Assembly (NCBI GenBank): GCA_016930415.1
Contig: JAFGGS010000016.1
Coordinates: forward strand, 70,817 to 134,816
Reading direction: 5' to 3'
DNA from: Candidatus Woesearchaeota archaeon
GTDB lineage: Archaea > Nanobdellota > Nanobdellia > Woesearchaeales > SM23-78
DNA length: 64,000 nt
Below are positions 19,888-28,426 of this stretch, piece by piece (positions within the stretch are counted from its first letter, which is position 1; the number at the start of each line of letters is the position of its first letter). Under the pieces are notes generated by a model. The model saw only the letters and a list, made by a program, of their open reading frames with translations, was not told where the DNA came from and searched no databases. The translations under genes were made by a program, and so were the position numbers.

Positions 19888-19918
19888 AAACCGATAGAGA
19901 CAGGACTTCTTAGGCATT

Positions 19919-20449
19919 TTATTTGACGTTGACAGTTATCTTCTGCAAGTCGCCGTAAGCATCCTCAGAAGAGCACCTGCCGACTGTCTTCCCTACGAAA
20001 ACACACACGTTGAAGATGTAAGTCTGCTTCCCAGGAGTGCCCTTTGCTGGCGTAATCACTATAGGGGTGAATCCTGACTGGGTGTTCTTGATGAAGAGGG
20101 GGTCCTTGACATACAAGACCTTGTTCTCAGGGTGCTTAGCAGTGGCTGAAGGCTCCACAACGATGGAGAACTCCTCATCCTGGCCAAGTTCGTTATTAAT
20201 GCCTAAAGTGAATATCTCTTCCTCACCCTGCGAGGTAGTGATTGTATTAGGATACACTAGGACCATGCGGCCATCCCTTGCCATCGAGCTCTTGATCTGG
20301 GACTCGTGATAAGCCTTCATCTTGTCATACTCCTTCTGCCAGGCAGTGGCTCCCTTGCTGACGAGGAAGAAACCGACACCGAGAAGGATAACAGAGATTA
20401 TCATGACCACGATGAAATTGATTCCTAACTCAAGGCTTGCTTTCTTCAT
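19919..20449 (-). CDS. type IV pilin-like protein (class III signal peptide, DUF361-like N-terminus)
   Basis: MKKASLELGINFIVVMIISVILLG. The conserved S(L/M/I)(E/D)(L/I)G(I/V)N motif follows a basic N terminus. Paralogous to 21575..22090 and 22199..22747. Confidence 0.55.
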   Translation of the reverse strand: MKKASLELGINFIVVMIISVILLGVGFFLVSKGATAWQKEYDKMKAYHESQIKSSMARDGRMVLVYPNTITTSQGEEEIFTLGINNELGQDEEFSIVVEPSATAKHPENKVLYVKDPLFIKNTQSGFTPIVITPAKGTPGKQTYIFNVCVFVGKTVGRCSSEDAYGDLQKITVNVK

Positions 20450-20482
20450 ATCAGATCACTTCACTTCCGCTATCAAGAGACC

Positions 20483-21283
20483 TCATGGCTTCACGATCAT
20501 TATCTTGCTTGGAGACACGACCATCTTCTGCGAAGCCCTCTTGATATCAAGCAAGTTCCCTCGGCTGTCCACAGGCACGTAACTGTAGTCAATCTTCAGG
20601 CTAAGCGAGGATTCCTCCTCAGTCATGGTCTGGGATGATGTAAGCGTGAACTCCTCAGTGAACAAGTCGCCCACGTTCAGGAGTTGCTTTGATATTATCT
20701 TCTCACCCATGACATAGTTTCCGTTCAGCACCTGCAGGCTAGTAACTGTAAGGCCGCTGTTCACGGTCTTGGTGTTTATGTCAGCCAAGCGTATCCTCAC
20801 GCTGAACTGGTCCTTGTTCACGTTGTAAGGCTCGTTGAAGGTGTTCAAGACTTCCATCCTGAAGTAATTCCTCTCCTCCAAAGTGCTTGTGAGCTTCTGC
20901 TCAATCACATCATCAGGGGAGACTCCTATCACGCACTCGTTCGCGTCGCAGACGTACCTTGCGAACTTAGATTCCATTGTCTTAGGACCTCTTGAAGTAG
21001 AGACGTTGTATTTCACCTTGCCCTTCTTCTCGCAGCTTCCGCAATCATCACAGGTGCAGGCATTCTCGCCTGAATTCTCCTCGCAGATCTTGTTGCCGCA
21101 GCAATTCGGCTTGACGTTCTTCAAGCACTTGTTCTCTGCGCTGCAACCATAAGTTATGCACTGCGAGTTCACACCGCAATCCCTCGCGGACTCGCACTCC
21201 TTCTTGGCGCAAGACGCCAAGAGGAAGGAGGATAGAACTATCAACGACACGACAACCAGCAATGCAATCTTCTCAGATCTCAT
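20483..21283 (-). CDS. Cys-rich putative lipoprotein (lipobox LLAS|C) in pilin locus
   Basis: MRSEKIALLVVVSLIVLSSFLLASC. The next ~70 aa carry ~22 Cys (EGF/knottin-like), followed by a Ser/Thr-rich beta domain. Confidence 0.5.
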   Translation of the reverse strand: MRSEKIALLVVVSLIVLSSFLLASCAKKECESARDCGVNSQCITYGCSAENKCLKNVKPNCCGNKICEENSGENACTCDDCGSCEKKGKVKYNVSTSRGPKTMESKFARYVCDANECVIGVSPDDVIEQKLTSTLEERNYFRMEVLNTFNEPYNVNKDQFSVRIRLADINTKTVNSGLTVTSLQVLNGNYVMGEKIISKQLLNVGDLFTEEFTLTSSQTMTEEESSLSLKIDYSYVPVDSRGNLLDIKRASQKMVVSPSKIMIVKP

Positions 21284-21299
21284 TTTCAGACTATACCCC

Positions 21300-21533
21300 T
21301 CAATTTTTAGGACTCTGCAAAAAGTTGTACTCTTTCATCAGGATAGCTATGAAGACTATCAACAGTAGAGCGCCCGCGCCCAAGAGGAGCAGCCCGTAAG
21401 TCATGTTGTCTGTCAGCGTTATCAACTGGTAGAACCCGAAGGCCATTATACCGACCCCAAGCCACAGGAACTTGTCTAGCACTAGCTTTAGGATCTCGAA
21501 CTCCTCTTCATGAGTCATATGTCTTTTTGCCAT
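21300..21533 (-). CDS. small membrane protein (2 TM) in pilin locus
   Basis: 77 aa. Hydrophobic core GVGIMAFGFYQLI...LLLGAGALLLIVFIAIL. Confidence 0.4.
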   Translation of the reverse strand: MAKRHMTHEEEFEILKLVLDKFLWLGVGIMAFGFYQLITLTDNMTYGLLLLGAGALLLIVFIAILMKEYNFLQSPKN

Positions 21534-21574
21534 GTTATTAAAACACCTCTTTCCTTGATCTTCTTGATCTAAAT

Positions 21575-22090
21575 CTAAATGACGTTGATAGACACTTGCC
21601 TGGTATGATAAGGCATGGAGGTCATCACGAAACCAGTACTGTCAAGCAATCCTGCCTGGATGGTGCAGACGTATATACCTGGCATGACAGAGTCAGCGAC
21701 CTTGACAATCGCGAGGTAACCCTTGTCCCGTTGCCAGGTGATCTTCTGGGCTATGGAGGCTAGGGAGAGGCCTTCTTCAGGGATCCCGTCCTCGCTCCTG
21801 CAAGCGTCAAACGCCAATGAGACGTCGTCCTCCTCGCTCCACTCATAGTTGTAGACGCTCACCAAGAGCTCTGTGCTGTCCCCAGGCTTAATCTTAAGTT
21901 CCTTGCCCTCAGGGTAGAGCATGTTGTCAGGGCTTGCGTGGAAGATGATTTCAGGCGCGCTGTCAGGCACCTTCTCATGCGCGAATTTGAACACGTCAAG
22001 AACGAACATCAGGGCAAGTCCAAGGATTACAAGACCTATGATTATTATGATCGTGAAGTTAATCCCTATGTCGATACTACCTCTCCTCAT
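21575..22090 (-). CDS. type IV pilin-like protein (class III signal peptide)
   Basis: MRRGSIDIGINFTIIIIIGLVILG. Paralog of the other two pilin-like genes. Confidence 0.55.
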   Translation of the reverse strand: MRRGSIDIGINFTIIIIIGLVILGLALMFVLDVFKFAHEKVPDSAPEIIFHASPDNMLYPEGKELKIKPGDSTELLVSVYNYEWSEEDDVSLAFDACRSEDGIPEEGLSLASIAQKITWQRDKGYLAIVKVADSVMPGIYVCTIQAGLLDSTGFVMTSMPYHTRQVSINVI

Positions 22091-22198
22091 ATTAATGCCC
22101 TATTCCACCCTAAAAAACGCGAATAAATAAAAAAGCGAAAAGCAAAAGGAAATATTTTTGCACGGATCAAACCCTTAGCCTAAATCTTGCCATCTGGC

Positions 22199-22747
22199 TT
22201 AAAGTATGACGTTGATGATTATCTGTCCAGACCTTGAAGTCGCAGGATCATTGTTAGACATAGGATCGCCTACAGACGCCCTGACAGTGCATATGTAAGT
22301 ATCCACAGGGACTATATCCTCTCCTGCAACGCTCACGATCGCCAAGTAACCTGCGTCGCTTCCAGGGTTGATGCGCTGGTTTGGAGCTGCGAGGAAGATG
22401 CCATCACCACCTATGGCCACATCCATACCTTCTGAGTTGGTGCAGCTAGCAAGGCCTACAGAGATGTCATTCTGCCCTCCAAAGCCGTCATTGTACACGC
22501 TAAGCTTGATGTTCTCACGCTTGCCTTGCTTGATGGTGAGCTGGCTTGTCTCAAAGGCCAAGGGGTTTCCTGAGTCTGCGTGGACCGGAAGCTCAGTATT
22601 ATCGATTATCTTGCCAAGCTTTCCGCTCCCGCTCCTGAAAAGATTAGTCACGAACGCAATACCCATCCCTAGGATGGCTAGCGCGATGATCAAGATGACG
22701 ATGGCGTTGACTCCAAGCTCCATAGAACCCCTCTTGGTAATTCTCAT
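22199..22747 (-). CDS. type IV pilin-like protein (class III signal peptide)
   Basis: MRITKRGSMELGVNAIVILIIALAILG. The KRG|S cleavage-site-like motif is followed by a hydrophobic helix. Confidence 0.55.
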   Translation of the reverse strand: MRITKRGSMELGVNAIVILIIALAILGMGIAFVTNLFRSGSGKLGKIIDNTELPVHADSGNPLAFETSQLTIKQGKRENIKLSVYNDGFGGQNDISVGLASCTNSEGMDVAIGGDGIFLAAPNQRINPGSDAGYLAIVSVAGEDIVPVDTYICTVRASVGDPMSNNDPATSRSGQIIINVIL

Positions 22748-22842
22748 AAAAATGCACCTCTTTACCCTGATTGCAGGATATGCTGTTTTAAAGCTGTTTT
22801 TTTGATTATTGGTATTTAAAAGTTTCGATAGTTTCAGGCTCT

Positions 22843-22952
22843 GTTGAAAATGTCGCCTTCAGCACCCTTTAGGGGCAACCCCTACCTTTACAGCCGACGA
22901 GCTTGCCTTTTTGGCAAAGCTCGTGCTTGTAGGCTGTGGCGACATTTTCAAC
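22843..22952. ncRNA. 110-nt highly structured element bounded by perfect 15-bp inverted repeats (candidate structured RNA or MITE-like element)
   Basis: GTTGAAAATGTCGCC ... GGCGACATTTTCAAC termini. Internal hairpins AGGGG-CAA-CCCCT and ACAGCC[CGAGCTTGCC-TTTTT-GGCAAAGCTCG]GGCTGT. Confidence 0.35.
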
Positions 22953-23196
22953 GCACATAATAGTTTCAGCAAAGGCGACGAGATAAGGCATCATGCCTCT
23001 TCCAAACCCGCCAGAGCAACCTAAACCACCCAAAGCGCAACCTTTATAAATGACTTGCTTATCCAGTGCCTTGGGTTTAGAAATTTTTAGCTCGAGACTA
23101 TTCAAGATATTCAAGTTGAATTGGGAATTCTGTACTAGGGAATTAGTAGTCATACTGATAAATGATGAAAATAAACATGAACGGAGAGAATGAAAG

Positions 23197-23634
23197 ATGA
23201 GCGTTACGAAACAAGAACTGATAAGCGCAGTGTCAAAGGAGCTAAAACCAATGCTCAGGAAGCCTGAGTGGGCTGACTTCGTGAAGACAGGCGCGCACAA
23301 GGAGAAGCCTCCAGTGGATCCTGATTGGTGGTACATGAGGGCTGCAAGCATAGTGTTGAAAGTCAATGACCTGGGACCAATAGGCGTCTCTAAGCTTAGG
23401 ACCAAGTACGGTGGCAGGAAGAACAGGGGAGTCGCCCCAGACAAGTTCTGTAGGGCGAGCGGAAAAGTCATAAGAACCCTCCTCCAGCAGCTCGAAAAGG
23501 AAGGTCTGCTCAAGCAGGAAGCCAAAGGTGTCCACAAGGGACGAGTCCTGACACCAAAAGCCAAGTCGATGGTCATCAAGGCCTCGAAGCAGATAGCCAT
23601 CAGCAAAGCCAAGAAAGGAGGCGATGCGCAATGA
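23197..23634 (+). CDS. rps19e: 30S ribosomal protein S19e
   Basis: PEWADFVKTGAHKE..PDWWY.RAAS...GP.GV..LR..YGG and RVLTPKA motifs. Confidence 0.85.
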   Translation: MSVTKQELISAVSKELKPMLRKPEWADFVKTGAHKEKPPVDPDWWYMRAASIVLKVNDLGPIGVSKLRTKYGGRKNRGVAPDKFCRASGKVIRTLLQQLEKEGLLKQEAKGVHKGRVLTPKAKSMVIKASKQIAISKAKKGGDAQ

Positions 23635-23804
23635 CAAGGTACAAGCCAAGAGCCAAGAAGAAGAGACTGATAAAGAAAGGAGGCCAGACCAAGTGGGCGC
23701 CCTTCTGGACAGTCCCTAAGAAGTACGGCAAAGGAAGAAGAGTCCACCCCGGACGGCACACAGTCGTCAAGAGGAGCTGGAGAAGGATCAAGATCAAGGC
23801 ATAA
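23631..23804 (+). CDS. rpl39e: 50S ribosomal protein L39e
   Basis: 57-aa ORF MTRYKPRAKKKRLIKKGGQTKWAPFWTVPKKYGKGRRVHPGRHTVVKRSWRRIKIKA. Its start overlaps the S19e stop (ATGA). It is below the 60-aa track cutoff. Confidence 0.8.
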   Translation: MTRYKPRAKKKRLIKKGGQTKWAPFWTVPKKYGKGRRVHPGRHTVVKRSWRRIKIKA

Positions 23805-23822
23805 TCCTAGAAGGTGAATGAA

Positions 23823-24404
23823 ATGGCCACTAAGAAAGAATCAAAATCAAGCTTAGAGCGGGACTACGTGATCCCCTTGAGGAAGGGAATCAGGAAAGTA
23901 GTCGCTCACAAGAAGACACCAAGGGCTATCAGGGAGATAAAAGCGTTCCTAGCCAAGCACACCAAGGCAAAGGACGTCAAGCTCGGCATGATGCTCAACC
24001 TGGAACTGTGGAAGAACGGGATAAAGAACCCGCCGACCAAGGTCAAGGTCCACGTAGTAGTAAAGGATGGCATCGCAAGGGCAGAGCTCTTCGGTCACGA
24101 GTTCAAGGAGGCAGTCAAGGCTGTCAAGAAGGACAAGGGACCAGAGACCTTGAAGGACAAGATCGAGAAGAAGCTCGGCGTCGATGACAAGGCAGCGGCA
24201 AGGGAAGCCAGGAAGGAAGAGACACGAAGCAGCGAAGCTGCTAGTGCAAAGAAGGCTCCTGAAGCGCCAAGCACTCCTGCAAGCGCAGGAAGCGAGACCG
24301 CTCCTCCAGAAGAAGCTGCTGCAAAGCCAGCCCCTGCTCCTAAGAAGAAGGTCGCCAAGAAAAAGTCTCCTGCAAAGAAGGAGCAGGCAGAGCAGGCTCC
24401 TTAA
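23823..24404 (+). CDS. rpl31e: 50S ribosomal protein L31e with Lys/Ala/Pro-rich C-terminal extension
   Basis: VIPLRK...PRAIREIKAFL..H...LN..LW core. The first ATG is at 23823 (the track start at 23814 is GTG). A ~70-aa AKKAP-type tail follows the core. Confidence 0.8.
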   Translation: MATKKESKSSLERDYVIPLRKGIRKVVAHKKTPRAIREIKAFLAKHTKAKDVKLGMMLNLELWKNGIKNPPTKVKVHVVVKDGIARAELFGHEFKEAVKAVKKDKGPETLKDKIEKKLGVDDKAAAREARKEETRSSEAASAKKAPEAPSTPASAGSETAPPEEAAAKPAPAPKKKVAKKKSPAKKEQAEQAP

Positions 24405-24571
24405 GCCTTCATCTTGGAAATTATTTGATATTATTTCATTCTTCTCTAAAAGCACCAATCGCCGCGTGCTACGAACATGTTGAGCCTATCATCGCGGCGG
24501 ACGATCACTCTTGTTTTTCTAAAGATTTTTAAACAAGCAACATCAGAGAAGAAGGAAAAAGAGGCATACCT

Positions 24572-25129
24572 ATGAAGTATAAGTATCCAAGGCTCACTTT
24601 GCTTGCGCTCTCGTTCCTGATCGTCTACATCATCTTCACGGCAAGCGACTTCACAGACTTCCGTGCGTGGATCGAGTCGCTTGGCCTATTAGGAGTTTTC
24701 ATCTCAGGAATCCTTTACGTCTACGGATTCACGGCAGCGATAGGGGCAGCATCGCTCCTGGTCCTCTCAAAAGAAGTCCCATTCCTCCTGGCAGCAGTTG
24801 TAGCTGGCATAGGCGCACTCCTCGGAGACCTGGTGATATTCAAGCTGATAAGGCATGAGTTCATGACGGAGATAGGCCACTTGGCGAACGAACCGATAGT
24901 AATCCATTCAAGGGCATTCCTTGAAAGGACGCTTCATGCGCACATCAAGACGTTCCTGCCGCAGGCGATCGGAGTCTTCATGATAGCATCCCCACTTCCG
25001 GACGAGATAGGGGTGTCCTTGCTTGCGGCCTCAAGAAACATATCGCAATACGCGTTCTCCATCATATCCTTCACGCTCAACACGCTCGGCATAATGATGG
25101 TGCTCTACGTCGGAAGGATGATCTTCTGA
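24572..25129 (+). CDS. integral membrane protein (possibly DedA/VTT-like), hypothetical
   Basis: Four to five TM segments with Gly-rich helices. Weak family guess. Confidence 0.4.
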   Translation: MKYKYPRLTLLALSFLIVYIIFTASDFTDFRAWIESLGLLGVFISGILYVYGFTAAIGAASLLVLSKEVPFLLAAVVAGIGALLGDLVIFKLIRHEFMTEIGHLANEPIVIHSRAFLERTLHAHIKTFLPQAIGVFMIASPLPDEIGVSLLAASRNISQYAFSIISFTLNTLGIMMVLYVGRMIF

Positions 25130-25159
25130 AACAAGAAAAAAAAGACAAAAAAGTTTTAG

Positions 25160-25489
25160 CTATTCTTCCTGTTTCTCGGCTTCCTTCATCGCGTGGCTCG
25201 CTATCTTCTGAAGGACAGAGTCAAGGCCCATGAACAGGTTCCTCTCCACGACCTCTGATTCGAAGTGATCCCCGCTGAAGTGGACGCTGCCATGAAGCTC
25301 GAACTTCTCGCTCCCTTCAGTCTTGTGGACCGGCTTCATAGTGACCTTCAAGGCCTCGAAGCCTGGAACGTTGTCAGAGAGCTTCCTAGCATAGCTTCCG
25401 ACCATCTTCTTCACGACAACCATCTCTGCCTTAGAAACTTCCTTGAAACCCGTAAGGGTAATGTTACCGCCTAACTCCATCTCGCTCAC
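25160..25489 (-). CDS. hypothetical protein with possible S30AE/HPF (ribosome hibernation factor)-like fold
   Basis: 109 aa. NITLTGFKEVSKAEMVVVKK ... FELHGSVHFSGDHFESEVVERNLFMGLDSVLQKI aligns by eye to HPF (NITG.N.EIT ... LHVNGGEIHASAEGQDMYAAIDGLIDKLARQL). Confidence 0.35.
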   Translation of the reverse strand: MSEMELGGNITLTGFKEVSKAEMVVVKKMVGSYARKLSDNVPGFEALKVTMKPVHKTEGSEKFELHGSVHFSGDHFESEVVERNLFMGLDSVLQKIASHAMKEAEKQEE

Positions 25490-25572
25490 CGTAGATACCT
25501 CCTTTAAGACCCAATCAATAATTGATGAGCAAGAGGTATTTAAAAAGATTATGGAAAGGACAGCTCATGCGT

Positions 25573-26115
25573 TCATGCGTGTAGGTCATGCAGATCATCT
25601 ATGAGTCCGATAGTCCTGCCAAGAGCCTGGTAGAAACAAATAGTCTTCTTCTCCAGATCCTGCTTCAGGAAGAAAGGGTCGATCCTGACAGAAGGAGTGA
25701 TGATCCCGCTCCTATACTCAGGAGGGATGTTCCTGATATCATTGATCGCGAGATCGGACACGCTCCTGGCGGAAGAGATAAGATTATCATCTCCCGCCCT
25801 ATAAGCGATCAGCATATTGCCTCTCTTATGGGCCGTGAATCCACAATGCACGTCAATCCAAAGGCCGAATGAGTCCTCCTCCCAAATCCGCAACACTTCC
25901 TGCTCAGCAGAAGGGCAGATGGCTCCCGTCGGGAACTTGCCGGACGTTATCTCATGGAAGACCACGCTACGCTTGCCACCATCGTAGGGACCAGGATGAT
26001 CTTGGTAGAGCATCAGATAAACATCCCTCACGAATCGCCCCCATTGGAGCTCGTCATAATGATAGCCCAAAGTAACGAGCGTCTTTAAGCTTCCAAGTGC
26101 CAATGACCTTTCCAT
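25573..26115 (-). CDS. hypothetical protein
   Basis: 180-aa ORF. No confident motif. Confidence 0.4.
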   Translation of the reverse strand: MERSLALGSLKTLVTLGYHYDELQWGRFVRDVYLMLYQDHPGPYDGGKRSVVFHEITSGKFPTGAICPSAEQEVLRIWEEDSFGLWIDVHCGFTAHKRGNMLIAYRAGDDNLISSARSVSDLAINDIRNIPPEYRSGIITPSVRIDPFFLKQDLEKKTICFYQALGRTIGLIDDLHDLHA

Positions 26116-26266
26116 CTTGGCTCAAGAAACAGAGAGGGGATATTTAAAAATTGCCCAAAACATTTATAAATGAACCTGGTTAACTCGAAGATAAGCAGTC
26201 CTCGGGATGTGGGCGTTTGCTTGCCTGAACCTTGGATGAAGAGAGTAATAATGGAGGCAGAGAGAA

Positions 26267-26806
26267 ATGGGATTATACAAGCATTTAAGAGAGGCTTGGA
26301 GAAAGCCAACTGATTCTATCAAGGCTCAGCAGAAGGAGCGGCTGATGCTGTGGAGGCGCGAGCCAACGACAGTTAGGATTCTGAAACCGACGAGGATAGA
26401 CCGTGCAAGAAGCCTAGGATACAAGGCAAAGCAAGGATTCCTCGTGGTAAGGCAGCGCGTCAAGCGCGGCGGAAGGATGAGAAGCACTGACCGTGGCGGA
26501 AGAAGGCCAAAGGCCAACAGGCTGTTCATGGTCTTAGACAAGAACTACCAGTCAGTCGCAGAGGAGAGAACGTCAAGGAAGTATCCTAACTGTGAGGTCT
26601 TGAACAGCTACTGGGTGGCAGAGGACGGCAAGCATTACTGGTTTGAAGTCATCCTGATAGATCGGAGCCACCCGAACATCCAGAAGGACCCGCACATGAG
26701 AAAAGTCGCTGAGCAGCGAGGAAGAGCCCACAGGGGCCTGACAAGCGCCGGCAAGAGAGGCAGGGGCCTGCGGAACAAAGGCAAAGGCGCTGAGAAGATA
26801 AGGTAG
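26267..26806 (+). CDS. rpl15e: 50S ribosomal protein L15e
   Basis: MGLYKHLREAWRKP...RLMLWRREPTTVRILKPTRIDRARSLGYKAKQG. This is the L15e signature. Confidence 0.9.
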   Translation: MGLYKHLREAWRKPTDSIKAQQKERLMLWRREPTTVRILKPTRIDRARSLGYKAKQGFLVVRQRVKRGGRMRSTDRGGRRPKANRLFMVLDKNYQSVAEERTSRKYPNCEVLNSYWVAEDGKHYWFEVILIDRSHPNIQKDPHMRKVAEQRGRAHRGLTSAGKRGRGLRNKGKGAEKIR

Positions 26807-26867
26807 ATGAAAGCCTAAAAGAGCAATCATCCAGAAATTATTTGTTTTTTCTCATCATTTCTCTTCC

Positions 26868-26899
26868 AAACCAGTTATATCAGTGCAAGAGACTGGTTT
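26868..26899. terminator. hairpin (AAACCAGT..ACTGGTTT), preceded by oligo-T, between convergent rpl15e and the GT4 gene
   Basis: Perfect 8-bp stem with a 16-nt loop. A TTGTTTTTT run at 26843-26851 follows the L15e stop. Confidence 0.35.
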
Positions 26900-26909
26900 A
26901 GGGATAGCC

Positions 26910-28298
26910 TCAGACCTGGAGCCTATAGACATTGTCGGTCTTGGTGACCATTGCCTGAGAGCTGTATTTATTAAGAATCTTATTTCTCGTACTTTGCCTA
27001 TATGCAGTCGAGTCACGCTCTCCGCAACTACCGAACGTATCAAAGAGGACAGACACCATCGCGTCACAGAAATCCTTGTTTCTTCTTGATCCTTTAGGGT
27101 GATAGTCCACTAGGCGCCCCATGATCTGGTCAGGGATGAACTCTCGCAGGCCTCCAACCCTATTAGCCACAACAGGGGTTCCGACAGCTAAGGCCTCCAA
27201 AGCCGCCAATCCGAAACCTTCAGAGTTCGATGGTTGTATGTACAGGTCTGCAAGGGCTTGCACAGGGACTGTCGTCAATCCTTGGTAGAGGGGGTTAATC
27301 CCTGATAGCTTCTGCTGCATATAATCTGAGAAATATGCGTCTACGAAAGAGTTCCTTGACTTCGTGTTTCCGACGAGCTTCGCCACGTCGATCACGAATC
27401 CTACCCGTTTCTCCTGCAAAAGCCTCGGAGTCCTCGTCATGAGGTCATCATGGACAGTTCTGGTGAATCTTCCATGCGTAGAAGCTATTACGAAGCCGAT
27501 ATCGAACTCAGGATGCTTGTCGAACCAGCTCATTATCGCAATCAGGTTGTCGTATCCCTTCACCATGTCCAGCCTTCCAGAGTATCCTATCAAGTATTTT
27601 CCTGTGATGTCTGCCTGGCTCCTAAAAGCCATGCGATCAGGCTCTGACCTGAATTGGTATATGTCAGGATTTATTCCGTTCGGGACTATTTCGATATGGT
27701 CGGACTTAAGGCCTTTTTCCACGAATGCGTCTCTGACGTCTGAACTCACAGCAAGATATTTCTTGACATCTCCTGACTCAGCCAGGTTCGTCAGGACCTT
27801 TATCCTCTCGTCTTCCGTAAGACCGCCTCCCTTGTATCTGAGCAAAAGCTCTGGCATGCAATGGAGATGAATGAATTGCCTCACGTTTGATCCGAACATC
27901 GCAGAATATCTTGAGTAAGTGTTTGGGTTCAAGAGGTCTTTTTCAGGATAATGGAAATCCAACACAGTCAGGTTCCTATCCTGATCAAGGACCTGTCTTA
28001 TGGTCTCATCAAGCCCCACTTCCCCATTCTCTTTTGCGTGGTCTTCACGAGTGTATGTCGAGTAGAAGAGGTGTATGTTCCGGTATGCCGCCATCAGCTG
28101 GGCCCATAAGCCTGCTTTTTTTGACTCGAATTTAGGGTTTGACATGGTTACTGTCGGGGTCAGGTTTGCCGATAGGCCGTGGATTCCTCCTTTTTTGGAT
28201 AATCCTTCAGCCAAGTCCAGAGCCACGAAGTTGTTTCCATAGAAATTCATGTCTGGAAAGCTCGGGTATGTTATTTGTATCGAATTAATAGGATTCAT
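26910..28298 (-). CDS. glycosyltransferase family 1 (GT4, GT-B fold)
   Basis: C-terminal EGFGLAALEALAVGTPVVANRVGGLREFI motif. Confidence 0.7.
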   Translation of the reverse strand: MNPINSIQITYPSFPDMNFYGNNFVALDLAEGLSKKGGIHGLSANLTPTVTMSNPKFESKKAGLWAQLMAAYRNIHLFYSTYTREDHAKENGEVGLDETIRQVLDQDRNLTVLDFHYPEKDLLNPNTYSRYSAMFGSNVRQFIHLHCMPELLLRYKGGGLTEDERIKVLTNLAESGDVKKYLAVSSDVRDAFVEKGLKSDHIEIVPNGINPDIYQFRSEPDRMAFRSQADITGKYLIGYSGRLDMVKGYDNLIAIMSWFDKHPEFDIGFVIASTHGRFTRTVHDDLMTRTPRLLQEKRVGFVIDVAKLVGNTKSRNSFVDAYFSDYMQQKLSGINPLYQGLTTVPVQALADLYIQPSNSEGFGLAALEALAVGTPVVANRVGGLREFIPDQIMGRLVDYHPKGSRRNKDFCDAMVSVLFDTFGSCGERDSTAYRQSTRNKILNKYSSQAMVTKTDNVYRLQV

Positions 28299-28426
28299 GG
28301 GCTTAAGTTAATCTGCCAGTTTATAAATCTTTCGATTTTGTAACTACTTAAAAATAGTAACTGTATTTTTTCTGGCCCTGCATCCGAACACTAGAATAAC
28401 CCAAGAATGCAAAAAAAGCCAAGAAA

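Noticed and set aside
22869-23759. 296-aa minus-strand ORF
   Set aside because: It lies antisense to the conserved S19e and L39e genes and runs across the structured intergenic element. The translation is low-complexity (Leu/Ser/Pro-rich) with no motif, typical of a shadow ORF.
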